From an uncultured virus (IMG/VR IMGVR_UViG_3300020183_000048) (lineage: Duplodnaviria; Heunggongvirae; Uroviricota; Caudoviricetes), in IMG/VR virus record IMGVR_UViG_3300020183_000048: a stretch of DNA of 64,000 nt. One strand, given 5' to 3'. Positions 40,001 to 51,200 of the stretch are shown here, piece by piece (the stretch's first letter is position 1; each line of letters starts with the position of its first letter). The position numbers and the translations under genes were made by a program. The notes under the pieces are model-generated. The model had not been told where the DNA came from, did not search any database, and worked only from the letters and a program-made list of their open reading frames with translations.

Positions 40001-40627
40001 TGATGGAGTATTTCCATACTGATCAAGAATAATATTTTGAGATTCAACTTCTAAGAAAAATCCTCTTGCAAAATAAACACCATCATTTATTTTTGCATTA
40101 CTTCCAGAAAATGCAGATGCGTTAGAAGTTGAAGTAATTGCTATCTGTTCTTCTGTATCATCATCTACTAAAATTTCATTATTTGAAAAAGTTTTAAACT
40201 GTTTTCCTGTAACAGCATCAGTAATACCAGATGATAAGTATTTAATATAAAATGTTAATCTTTTCTTTACTGAAGTAGATGCACTAATACTAGTAATAAT
40301 TCTTGCTCTAACGTTCGTAGATGTTCCACGGATAGTTTTTTCATGCAGAGAAGTTCTATAAGATTCTACGGAAACTCCATTGATTAAATTTTGGACAGTA
40401 ACACATTCTAATCTACTATCATATCCAATGTGTCCAGGAATGACCATAGATCCTTCCTTGAACATATGTTGTCCAAATCTTTCTACTTGATTTTGTAGAA
40501 TGGATTGTAGTGTAGTTAATTCTCTAGCTTGTACTGGAAAACCAGGCTTAAACAGAACCTTATAAAAATTTTTACGTCTGTTAAAATCGTCAAAATAAGG
40601 AGCAATATTTAAATTAGTATCTTGCAT
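34025..40627 (-). CDS. 2200-aa VrlC-like (DUF4815) virion/baseplate protein
   Basis: PYFDDF...VLFKPG..VQARELTTLQS, ARRTFDESGNY, DPLAQSF, FKSQNASTW. Confidence 0.85.
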   Translation of the reverse strand: MQDTNLNIAPYFDDFNRRKNFYKVLFKPGFPVQARELTTLQSILQNQVERFGQHMFKEGSMVIPGHIGYDSRLECVTVQNLINGVSVESYRTSLHEKTIRGTSTNVRARIITSISASTSVKKRLTFYIKYLSSGITDAVTGKQFKTFSNNEILVDDDTEEQIAITSTSNASAFSGSNAKINDGVYFARGFFLEVESQNIILDQYGNTPSYKVGLRIYEEIITSEDDQSLLDNSYGYSNYASPGADRLKVSCILEKVGVDEIQGKDFIELLRVREGKIEYKVDRSVYAELERTLARRTFDESGNYSIEDYKLKVNETLDNLFNGGVYDINSENSKGTVVLNRAITTQDGNAINGNDFFTITVGPGKSYVKGYELEQQSSTYVEVQKPRTFKSKSNVSQFLDFGKYFELDTAGMVGGLSVGSFQRIYLYDRKLNESNEKEIAKATAITLTDGSGGYPRLYLTDFSTFTELSWASGTLNVQNGDLVEGRVSGAKGFVYAINNTTKMVTLEQVSGDFIEGETIDNSRNATCVTILVIRDYTIEEVNSVTDGSDFSSSTFKANLILTSRALTGDGFTISSNTNFTGSETNFLSELKTNMRIKLGNGETRINTVTNNSTATIIQNSSITNQSYTKAFKLVARLLSNQKNQTTRFAENTIKNVSDISYSIMRAFTVTFNNNVASFNLNTDGESASGSVLAIPSSGTSGSKVGSVTANNTVTVTGMPNGAATIYVSCTRSRPTLRNKTLKIHAVFKVDKAKTSTTTSYGTRYVDEDICLGVPDVKNLICVREVKTSTALPSDVFDTITVSSTSGIKIGDILFDNSENTKCRVISISSNVLTVIYYSTFRFKANQTLNCFRSDASTTVTSVTTGSYKDRTSDYLLKKRLDDEIYDISSILRKPGTSVPSRMLVIVYDYYEHTSGDFFTVDSYTDQQAYETIESDNNNMYLTDIIDYRITAQSSGLTGSGTVSSPFVLNQVLLNPGTRSLIHKNFTKPSSNLVCDYSFYIPRLDKLVLTETGEFKVIKGSPSLTPKFPEIPKNSMLIADISMPPYIRNVTDVNLTPKKNRRYTMEDIGKLEQRLESVEYYTSLTLLELETKSLAITDSTGVNRFKNGFVVDDFSTNLVSDIYEKDYRAAIDISSGTLRPIHYTTNVDFQLNTTKSTNYQKTGDLITLPYTNTLLIDQSATSRVENVNPFAVFAWIGRLDLTPTQDTWIITNRVADNVVNVEGNFEQTLRETGVGDDGIGPINWGSWRDVSVGSWNNRSSVWYDPSFRNGAPRRVMQVTTGSRSVNQERSGSRTVVTERTDFENTGDKELSKTNIKYLRERIVKLSAHRMKPNTRLHFFMNTRNMTAYTLTNLLEVYRGGSEGNVTASVGGKTVTLTPSNSVSFKVGEKVIFVGLDEGNSILPIPPIGAVLAGPSGSTSGATQSGISGDKFYVTGVVKNLYDYGNENPYTNTDLTTRSTYATTTPYLNIEFDELVDPTYINLNTFKDKKCSIVGVTSGARATLKTTRIFTDKNGAWRGIVYIPDPNISGNPQFANGSTTFRLTTSDTDSRIPGIVDTSAESKFTSEGTSSVVQAQVLAVRNANVSTQSLTQTQTITQTRRSEQQIGWYDPLAQSFLVTTSGGCFLTKVDLFFQTKDPKISVNIQVRTMFNGSPTGTILPFSDVTKKPSEVLLSENGTVATTFTFPSPVYIPENIEHCLVVFSDSNLYKMWISRMGEEDVVTKKIISEQPYAGVLFKSQNASTWTPDQYEDLKFKLYRASFKNTSSAEVYLENKELKTVKLKNDPIKMTAGSSTVTIYSRNHGMHTSRNKVTISGIQSESANSSLVTPMTTNQVTAVGGSNFTLDDVSQLDTIIGGAAISASNPGYIKIQDEIIKYSAVNASTNTITIPQNGRGQNSTSITAHAAGLIVECYNLNGIPLIDINKTHNAIGNPTLDTYTLVLPKIATASINGGQNKAYATRNIQYETITPNLMYTTFPSTSMRLRMNSVSSTSISCTNSEKQPSYEFVLNEEIPMSGIVELNSPRLIASNINQSTYLANKKSLEFAIQLDSDNPNISPVLDLERVSACLTSNRINKTSFDNETKPNGSLHESIYITREASLTNPSTSVQVMFDAVRFASNEIKVYVKLGRDDGINDFEKNNYRELKFKESYPTSKDDFDFREFIFEEKNLPQFKQFSVKIVMTAEDQSRVPLIQKFRAIALAL

Positions 40628-40667
40628 TTTTACCTACTTCCAAAAAGCCTTTATTGTATTATTTATT

Positions 40668-42239
40668 TTAGAATTCAATGACTAGTTTGATATCTTCAAT
40701 TTGGTCATTTGAACGAACAATTGGTTTTCTATGTTCAACATATAAAACACTTCCAGAATATTTTTGAACTTCTGGGTTTGCATAACCAGCAGTGAATATA
40801 ACACCAGCAATAGTCGATGCAGCACCATTAATTCCTGATGTGTATGCGATATCTGGGTTTCCACTAATACCAGATACTTCACCATTAACTGCGTTCAAAC
40901 CAGAGAAAGGAACTAATTTATTTTTGTTTGCACCAGTTATGGCAAGACCACTATATTCATTTTGATAGTATCTTAAAATTTTATTAATACTGTCCCAGTG
41001 AATTACTACTCCCTTTGCATTAGTAGATGACTGATTAATTGTTTCACCAATTGTATAATTATAATTAAATGAATCTGGAAACTTGATTGCTTTACAAGTA
41101 GAAATCGTATCTTCTGTTTGTTGAGTAGTTTCTGCAAATCTATATGGGTTTGCAATTAGACCAAAACGTCTAAAAGAAATATCAACTGGGATATCACCAG
41201 AACCATCTAAAAATTCTAATTTTGAGTTTACGAGAACACGAAATGCACCAAGTTCTGTTTCCATGGAACTTCCGTGACCTTCTGGAGGTGGAATAATTGC
41301 TTCTAGAAATGTTGTTCCATTGGATGATGTAATACCAGTCATTGCTGCAGCAACAGTAGTTAAGTTGATATCTACATATAATTTACTCATATCAATTTTT
41401 GCATATGAGTAACCAGAACCAGTTGATTGTACAGCAACTGTTTCAATTTTATTTGCAAAAATTCCAGAATTTCCAATAATAATTCTAGCAACACCAAGAT
41501 TACCATCTCCAAGAATAGGAGTATAAAAAGTACCTGGTGTTAAATTGGAAGCTCTCGATTTAATGATAATAGTATCAATTGCACCACTTGATGCAGCAGT
41601 TTTTACTGTAGAATCTGTTGCAATGGGGATAAAGTCACTCGTAACAAATTTCAAAACTTCATCTGTTGATAACTCATATAAAAATTTCCATTTGTATCCA
41701 TCCGATGTTGTAATAATACTGGAAGTTGAACCACTAACGGATGGTTCTGCAGAAGTTCCTGTTTGAACTCCGTTTGGATTTTCTGGAGTAGTACCATTAT
41801 AAATGCACTTGAAAATTTGATACTTACTATTCATAATGTAAAAATCTGCATCAAATAATTTTGATGCTCCACTTGGTGCTAATTTTGTAGTACTGTAATC
41901 ATGTCTGTACATATCATAAATTGTTCCACTGGACCAAGTTTTTTTGGGAATTACCTGTTTAACATCTGATGGTTTAACTCTTTTCATTGAAATCATATCA
42001 TCATAAATTTCAGATAGGTCATTAAAAGAATCTTCTGGATTAGGAGGCAATGCATCAGAAACGTTTACATTTCCACTATATTTTTCAGAATTCCAAATTT
42101 GTGATCTTCCGATAAACAGATAAATTTTACTCCTTTGTACATCTGTATCAGATACAGATATTCCCGATGGTTCAGATAATGATTCCACAAATTGTTGTGC
42201 AGAAAACAATCTAAAACTATCTGTAATTAGTGCTGGCAT
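40668..42239 (-). CDS. gp8: baseplate wedge subunit
   Basis: WSSGTIYDMYRHDY, FKCIYNG, DGYKWKFLY, QIEDIKLVIEF. Confidence 0.9.
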   Translation of the reverse strand: MPALITDSFRLFSAQQFVESLSEPSGISVSDTDVQRSKIYLFIGRSQIWNSEKYSGNVNVSDALPPNPEDSFNDLSEIYDDMISMKRVKPSDVKQVIPKKTWSSGTIYDMYRHDYSTTKLAPSGASKLFDADFYIMNSKYQIFKCIYNGTTPENPNGVQTGTSAEPSVSGSTSSIITTSDGYKWKFLYELSTDEVLKFVTSDFIPIATDSTVKTAASSGAIDTIIIKSRASNLTPGTFYTPILGDGNLGVARIIIGNSGIFANKIETVAVQSTGSGYSYAKIDMSKLYVDINLTTVAAAMTGITSSNGTTFLEAIIPPPEGHGSSMETELGAFRVLVNSKLEFLDGSGDIPVDISFRRFGLIANPYRFAETTQQTEDTISTCKAIKFPDSFNYNYTIGETINQSSTNAKGVVIHWDSINKILRYYQNEYSGLAITGANKNKLVPFSGLNAVNGEVSGISGNPDIAYTSGINGAASTIAGVIFTAGYANPEVQKYSGSVLYVEHRKPIVRSNDQIEDIKLVIEF

Positions 42240-42271
42240 GATTGGTAATTTCCTTTTCTAAAATTTATTTA

Positions 42272-45200
42272 TTAAAGTTCTTTATCATATATTACATAAG
42301 TGCTACTACTCCAATTCTGTGGATTTGGTCGAGTGCAACTTTCTAATTTAAGTGTGGTTGGATTTGCGATAGTATAGTATACGGTTTCTTTTCCGATAAT
42401 TACACTATGATAGTCATACCCTATTCCTGCATTAATAATTGTTACTTGGACAAATTTTCCAGTTGAACTTAGAACAGGTTTTAATTCTGCTCCAGATCCA
42501 CCACCACCTTCAACAATTAAAATAGTATTTGCCAAATCATAACCAGAACCCGCATTAATAATATCAACTTTTACAATTTCTCCCCCGTAAACATATGGTT
42601 TCAACACCGCACCAGAACCACTAGAGACAGAACCAGTTGTAGAAATAATTTTAATATTAATATTACTTGTTGGGAGACCACTGACCGTTTGCATATCAAT
42701 ATCAACACTAGAAGTTGTTACATTGGAAGTTAATCTATATAATTTTCTAGTGAATGAACTTGAGAACATATCTTTTCTCACAATTTCAATAGGACGATTT
42801 ATTCTAAGTGTTGGAGCATTAAAATAATTAAACCCAGAATCAATAATTTCTAGATTTGAGGTAGAAACTCTACCACCATTTGTATACGAAACATCTTTGA
42901 CAATAATTTCACCACCAGATCCAGTACCAACAGCACTAATTACTAAGTTTTCTGGATAATCAAAACCCGTTGAAGTTACAGTTGCATTAGTAATTTTACC
43001 ATTAGAAATAACTGGTGAAACACTTAAACCAATTCCTTTTGTAATACCATTATATGTGGAAGTTCGAAGTAATGATGGACTAATTACTTGTGTAACTTTT
43101 CTAACATCAGTATCTCCACTCAATTTTATTGTGTCTCCAACTTGAATATTTTCAACCCTGTCAATTACACTTACGTCTTCTTTTCTTCCCATAAAATCAT
43201 ACAACATAATTTCTACTGTATTTGAAGCTGGTGCATTAGTAAACACAATTCTATTGTGATCAATATAATAATCAACTAGGGAATTTTGAATATATCCATC
43301 TTTGATTACTAAAATTTGATTTTCATAATCTCTAGGTCTTTCAATTTCTGCATTGGGATAATAATCTAAACCTTGATATTTCATGTAAAATATTTTAGTT
43401 GAATTATTAAATCCTGTTGTAATTTTATCCAATTGTTTGAACAGACCTAAGTTTCTAATAATAAATTTATCTGTTGAAGTAGGAGCAACGGTAAAGTTAA
43501 TTTTACTCTTAATGGGACCAGTTAAATTATATTCTTCAAATGGTTCTAGAATTTTATCATTCTTAAATACTAATAGATTTCTTGGGCTTGGAACACTATC
43601 ATCTTCAACAGTTCCAGTTGGAACAAAGTTTTTGGAATTATAGAATAATGGGAATGTCTTATTGGATCCGTTGAAACCATTATTGATATTATCGAGGATA
43701 ACTAAACTATCTAATCTAATTGCAAATATATTAGCTGCCGGGCCATCTGGATCTGTATCTAATGGGGAATCTAGTTTAAATTTATTATTATTCAAATAAG
43801 TAAATCCACTATTATATGTTTGAACAACACCGTTTACCTGTACAATCAATGAATCATCAATAATATTTCTGTTTTCCGAACCAAGTTGACCTAGAGCGTC
43901 ATCACTAAATGAAAATGTATTTAATGGTCCACTATAAAAAACACCAGTTCCATAACTTTTTTGTACCACAACTCCAACTGTGATTGATGAAGTATCTTGG
44001 ATATTTGTTACATAACCATCTTCCGATAAAGTTCCAATATATGTTGTTTGATCCACTATTGATGAATCTAACAATTTAAATGCAATATTTCCTGGTGTGT
44101 GTCCAGACGAAGGTAATAATTTAATTGTTGACGAATTAATAATTTTATCAACCTTTGTTTTGCCATCTGCGAGATTTTCAAGACGTAAAAGTTGATTATT
44201 AAACATTGCAATAATATAAATTTCGTCTGTACTATCATTTGGTGGATTTTGTCTAAAGTTTATATAACCATTTTCAACAAAATAATCAATATATGGAGTT
44301 CTTAGGACACCATTTACTGATATTAAAATATCAGAAGTATTTCTCCATCTAGTAAATGGAATTTTATTTCTAATTAATCTAAATCTAGTATTAGTTCCAT
44401 TCATTCTTTCATCAAAAGAATCGACTTTACATAGATTCATTCTTGAAAAATCAGTTATCATAACATTTGATAGATTAGTTACACCATCAATAAAGTTTAT
44501 CCTAGATCCAGCATAATAATAAATTGTTCCAGAATTAACTCCCCATGAATTATCATCATATGGTGCGCCAATAATTAATGAATTACCAGAAGAACTCATT
44601 GATAATGAATCACCAAACCTATCATAAATCAGTGCATTTTGATTTGAAATAGTTTGTGTTAGTTGCCAGGGACCGTAATTATTTCCAAGTTGCTGGTTCG
44701 AAAAATCATAAACGTATACTTTTCCTTCTGGTTGATTAGTAATTTCATTTGCCCTATTTGGAGAACCAATAACAACTCTAGTTCCATCTGAACTAATTGA
44801 AACAGCAAATCCAAATTCCTGATCATAATCTGGATTTGGTGGAGTTATTTTTTGTTCTAGTACCCATTTAAAACCAGTAAGATTTGTACCACTTCTTACG
44901 AATATATATGCTGTCCCACAAATCAAATTAATACTTGAATTTAATTTTTGGGAGATCATATTTTCTCTATCAAAAATTTCCGAATCATCCGAAATGTATT
45001 GTAAATATTCAAACGCTCTAGTTTGAATAAGAGTATTTGATGTATCTCTTGGTGAACCAACAATAAGTTTATTGCCATCTTCAGTGATAGAAATAGAATT
45101 TCCAAATGAATCAAATGGTTGTACATCATCTGGTGTAATTTGATCTTCTTCATACCAAAGATTTTCGAAATAATTGAATATATAAACTTGTTGTCTAGTA

Positions 45201-48200
45201 CCAACCGACAAAATTGAAGAATCTGCAGAAATATCCAAAGATATTCCAAAGTTTTCATTAGTTTGTGGATATTTTGGAGTAATTTTTTTATCAAAAAACC
45301 ATTTTCCAAGTTCTACATCAAAACGATAGATGTATACTGCTCCAGAAGCAATTACGCCATTTACATTTTCAAATGGTGCAGAAACTGCTGCAATTTTTCC
45401 AAATTTATCAATGGATACTTGATGACCAAATCTTGCTCCACTGTTAATTCCAGTTGGTGCTTTAACAAAGGTATTTCGAGAAACAGTAACTGCTCCGCTA
45501 GTAGAAATTACTGTATTATAAAATGATACTGCTCCAACTTCTTCATTTGTTGCGGTAGCCCACAACGGACATCCAACAACTATTTTTTCACAGTCTTTTG
45601 TTATATCAACCGAATAACCAAATTGCAAACTAGAACCAGGATATCCACGATCTGTTCTTGAAATAGAAAGTGATGTTATTAATGTCCAATTATTTTGTGT
45701 TTTTCTGTATAATCTAACTACCCCAGTAGAACCAATAATAGTTGTTTCTTTTAATGGTGCAGATACTACTAAGAAATTTCCACTATCACTAATTTTATTT
45801 GAAAAACCAAATAAACCTCCAGGTGAATCCTCCAAGTAATCAAATTCTAGAACTTGTGATAGATTGGTTTTTTGAATTTTATATGCAACACCAGGATTTT
45901 GTGTAATTCCATTAACATTTACTAAAATAGAATCTTCTTTTTCAACTGCATATGGTAAAGTAGAATATGTAATGTCAAACGCAGTATTTGTTGTTCTCTC
46001 CTCAATATTTAAACCACCACCACCAGTTGCAATATAATCCAAAGTAGTTGCAAATGGAACGAAATATATTTTGATATCATCAATTAAAACATTAATAGTA
46101 CCATCAAATAAAATTACAAATTCTCCATCTGGTAAAATATTTGGGGATTGATATAATTCATAATTTGAATAATCAATAAAATCATTATCGTCCGTGATAT
46201 AATTTAAAATCGTAAAAAATCTATTATCAGGAATATTATCTGGAACATCTGTTGTCCAAGTCCAAGAACCAATCTGCGGATTATATTGTTGCATGACACC
46301 ATTAACAAATATAATCATAGTCTGAGTAGCTAAATCAAGATTTACTGTATTTCTCAATTTTAAACTATTTGAACTAAATTGTTCAAATTGCAATTCTGTA
46401 ATTTGTGTGGTAGTATTAAATGCCATTATGAATAGTGGTTCATTGATCTGAGGAGAATCAACAAAAGTTAAAGCATTATTAGAATATGAATATGAATTCA
46501 AGTAATATTGATAGATACCTTCAAATCTAAATGGGAATATTTTATTGACGTTGTTTACTAACAATGGATATCCATCTTTTGTTAATGTAAATGTATTTCT
46601 TATGCCATCAATATAACCAGGAATGTCTAATAAGTAATTATTTGGATCTTTTACTGAATTTGGTGAAAGTAGTAATTTTCTGAAATACAGTAATTTAATG
46701 TCATCTGATGGCAATGGTGGTTCATCAAAAGATACTGTATTTAATATGGAAGTTACAAAACCAGATCCAAATGGCTGTAATACACCATTTCTTATTGCGA
46801 GTACATCTCCAGAATTTCTTACATAAAGTGGAATACCATCTTCATTTAAGAAGAATGTTTTTCTAGATCCATCAAAGTAATCTTGACCTACTACAATATC
46901 TTTAGAATCGTATGTACTTTGGAAATAAAATATACAACAATTACTTCCAACCGAAGGTGCATTAACGAAAATAATTTTTTGTCCGTCTTCATCATAATTA
47001 AGAGTGTAATCTTCACCCAAAACTAAAGGTAAATTGTTGATAGTGACCAATAGTTTTTCAGAATCATTTAAAATAAAGTTTGTGTGTATTAAATTTGCAG
47101 ATGGCGATGGCGGTGGTGAAGTTAGATTTCCTTGACTATCTCTAAAATCAAATTCATTTAAAAATGTTAATTCTGAGTTTGGAGATTTTAGAATAAATTC
47201 TTTTTTAATTCCATTAAATTGAGAAGAAATATTTTCGACAAGTTCAACAAAACTCGATGACTGCTCTGGGAAAGTAGTAACAAATTTTGTATCATTACCG
47301 TAAATATAAGTTCCATCTACAGAAGGATTTCCAGATGAAGTTCCAGAATATGCAGTTCCTGATAATAGTTTTCTCTTTACTTGTTGATATTTGTTATTAA
47401 AATTGACTTTTTTATTAGATTCAAAAGTTCTAGTAATTAGTTTGTCTCTTGTAATGTTGAGTGAAGTTGATACAAATCTCTCTTCAAAAACACTAGTATC
47501 GAGATTTTCTGTATAACATTTGTTATTAATTAACCATCCATGAATAAACGCTGTACTGGCAATTGGTTCATCAAAAGTCAAGAAAGTTCCTGCAATAGTA
47601 AATCTAGATTGTTCTATAACAGAATCAGTACTATTTTGAATTGCACCATTTACAGAAAGAAGTAATGAGGATCTTTTTACAGTAAGTGTTGATAAGTTGT
47701 TAATTTTATATGTGTAATCATTTATTTTAGTAAAGAAAAGTTTCTGTAATGCATCAAAGTATAAAGCAAATACTTTGGATCCTTCTGGAAATATATTTCC
47801 AGTTGTTAAAACTACTACATTTCCATTTAAAATACTATATAAAGTCGAATCTAAGACAACACCATTTACAGATACTATTAATTTGTTTTTAAGACTATTT
47901 GAAATATTTACTGTTTCTCCAGACCTTTGCAGAACAATTCTATCTGTTCCATCCCCGATAATACTTCTGAATGTAACAATATCCTTTGCATCTTTTGGTG
48001 GAATTTGTGCGGTGAATAATTTGGTATATTGTGACATGTCACCACCAAAATCCCATGAATCACTTATTACTGGTAAAAAATTCTCAAAGAAATCACTAAC
48101 TAAAGAAGATGTTTGAATAATAAAAATTTTATCTTTATCATTTACAGGGAAAGCTAATGAAAGTTTATTCTCATCAACAGTATATGAATCATTTGGTTCT

Positions 48201-51200
48201 TGTAATACTCCGTTATATACGACTAAAGAATTTAAAGTATCAGTTTTAATTCTTGGTGAGAATAGATATTGTGGTTTGTAATAATAAACATTTTCTCCAT
48301 TGGTAAATTGCAATCCATTTTTGGATGTAATGAATAAAATGGTGTTTGAAATATTATCTACTTTTGCAATAGCTTGAGAAGTTCCACCAACAATTACTCC
48401 ACCTGCAGATAATGCTTGTGGAGCAACATCATTCAAATATAGAATTTGTTGATTGATAACACTATAGTTTAGTTTAAGATTTAAAATATTTTTAAGAGTT
48501 AAATTAAAACCAATAATATTTTTAATAATTCCCTGTGTATTTTGATATACCGATTGGTTACTTTCTATAATATGTTTTCCAAATAGTTTGTTACCAATAG
48601 CATGAGAATTTTTATAGATCAAATTATACCAATCTTTTACATTAGTATTGTATCCAATTAAATATGAATAAATTTGATAATAATTACTATCTGTTATTTT
48701 TTGTGTTGCTTCCGAAATAAATCCAATATTATTTGTAAATCTTGGTTTTAAAACAGATGTAAAACTAGATTTAAATCTGGTCTTTGATTTTGTTGCTTTT
48801 AAAATAGTTGAAAATGGTACTTGTCTTTCATCAAATAGATATGCAGATTCCCAAATATAATTACCAAAAAAATCTTTAGAAATTATATTACCACTAATTT
48901 CTTTTAATTGAACTGTGGAATTATTTTTATCATAACTAACAACTTTAGCTGTAGCAATAGTTTCAAAAACTGGTAATTTTGAAATTTTGTGTAAGTTTTT
49001 CTCATTTATAAATGAACCAGGTAAAAGAGTAATTGCTGGACCTGCTGGTATAGTCGAAAGTTGAATTGTAGTTGCATCTACAATTTTTACATATAACTGT
49101 ACCTGGTTAGCAAAAATATCAGGAGGATTTGTAACAAGTGGTAATCCAGTGCATTCATATAGAACCAAATCATTAGACTTAAAATTGTGATTTGTTTCAA
49201 ATATAATATTAGATTGATTTGTATTAACAGATTGTATATAACTTACCGCATCTGTTACTTTTTTAATGCTAATAATGCTATCCTTATTTAAAACACTTCT
49301 TGAAAGATTTGCTCTAACTAGTGCTCCACTTCCTCCAGTTCCAGAAGCATCAACAATTAGTTCTGGAGTATCTAATAAGAAATTACCACCAGATACTACT
49401 TCAACTGTTTGTAATTTTCCACTCTGAATTGTAGTTTTAAATTGAATTGGTGGGTCATAAATTCCAGCTAATTCTGTCAATGGTATATCTTCTTTTACTT
49501 TAATTGTAGGTTCTACATAATAATTTTCACCCCTATCCAAAATAGTGACTGAAGAAATTTCATAATTTTGCTTTAATTTTAAAACAACATCACTTTGTAA
49601 ATCAAAGTCAATTGTTCTATCATTTCCGTAAAAGTCACCAACAGTGATATAATCAATTTTTTTAATCTTACCAATTGTGTTACTATCAGCTTGTAATTTT
49701 GCTCCATATCCATAAGATGAAGACACACCAGTAATTTCTGGTAATTTTTTGTATCCTTTTCCACCATCAATAATTTTTACTGAACGAATTGGTCCAGAAA
49801 CAGTTGATGATCTTGTATACCAATCGATCGAATTCATGTTATATGATCTTGGAGATGTAGAATGTATTCTAACATTTCCAACATTAATATTGACTATTCC
49901 AGGTAAACTAAAATACTGCCAATTCAGTCCTACTACTGAAGATCCAATAGTTTTGATTAGATTTATATTATTAGTCCACCATGCGTACATCATTCCGCGT
50001 GAAGGATCTAAAGTAAATGTTATTGGTGTTGTTCCAAAAATTCCAGTAGTGGTATTAAAATCATTGTCATAAACACCACGTTGAGATCCATCCCTAACTC
50101 CAACATAGTAGTTTCCAATTTTTGTTTTATCAATTGGTGACCAACCAAGTAATCTGGTTAATTGCCATGCAGTTGTGCCTTGAACACCCTGTCTGGTTAA
50201 AACATATACACCATTTTGAGAAGGAATTGTTTGATTTTTAACTAAAACACATTGATTAGTATTACCTACTTTAATAGTTGTAATACTGATTTGTAGAGTG
50301 ACATTTTGTGCAGTTTGTGTTGCGAATGCTGGAATGATGGTTGACCCGTCAAAAGAAAATAGTTCAAAACTGTTGTTTGTGAAGTTTGGAACCATAAAAG
50401 CATTAGGAGGAATTCCGTTACCAGAAATATTATATTCAAGATATCTAATTTGGTTAAACTTATTTCTTTCACTTTGACTTAGTGTAATTACTCTACTTCC
50501 TGCAATTGTACTACCAACAATTTGTATAACTGTATCGACAGCTGGGAATCTTCCTGCATCATTTCCAGTTGGTCCAGTTAATGTTGTTTCTGTTTCTTGT
50601 GAAACTGGTAAATTTGCTATAGTTGCACAGCTAACAAGAACTAAATCGGAATGAGTAACTACCATTCCTACTTTTAAATTTGCAATATTACTTTGGGAAA
50701 TTCCAGTTAGGTTACCGACGCTATCGATGGTTAAGTTAGTTAATTCTAAATTACCATAATTATAAACTTTATACTCCTCTGGAATTGTTTTACTAAACTT
50801 AAATTTATAATCATCAATTTTTTCGATAGGATATGTTCCTTCAAAAATTTCATTTTCAAAATCAAGAGTAAAATTCTTAACTGTTTTTTCTAAAATTTCA
50901 TCACGAACTTGTAAGTATACATTTGGTAAATCAGATTCTTTTGTAGTTGGTTTAATAAAAACTTCATGATTATCGATCAAATATGCGTTTTTGTTTAAAA
51001 ATAAAAATTGACCAATATTATCTTCGGAAAAATATAGTGATTTTGATGCTAAATCAAAAGAAATAATATAATTTACTGGTGGTGTAATGGATCTTCCAGA
51101 ATAAGGACCTACTACTGATCCGTTTTCAGCAAAATATTCTGGATATTCGATGGTACTCAAACCGTTTGGATTTAAATTTAAAGGATCATATGCATTTAAA

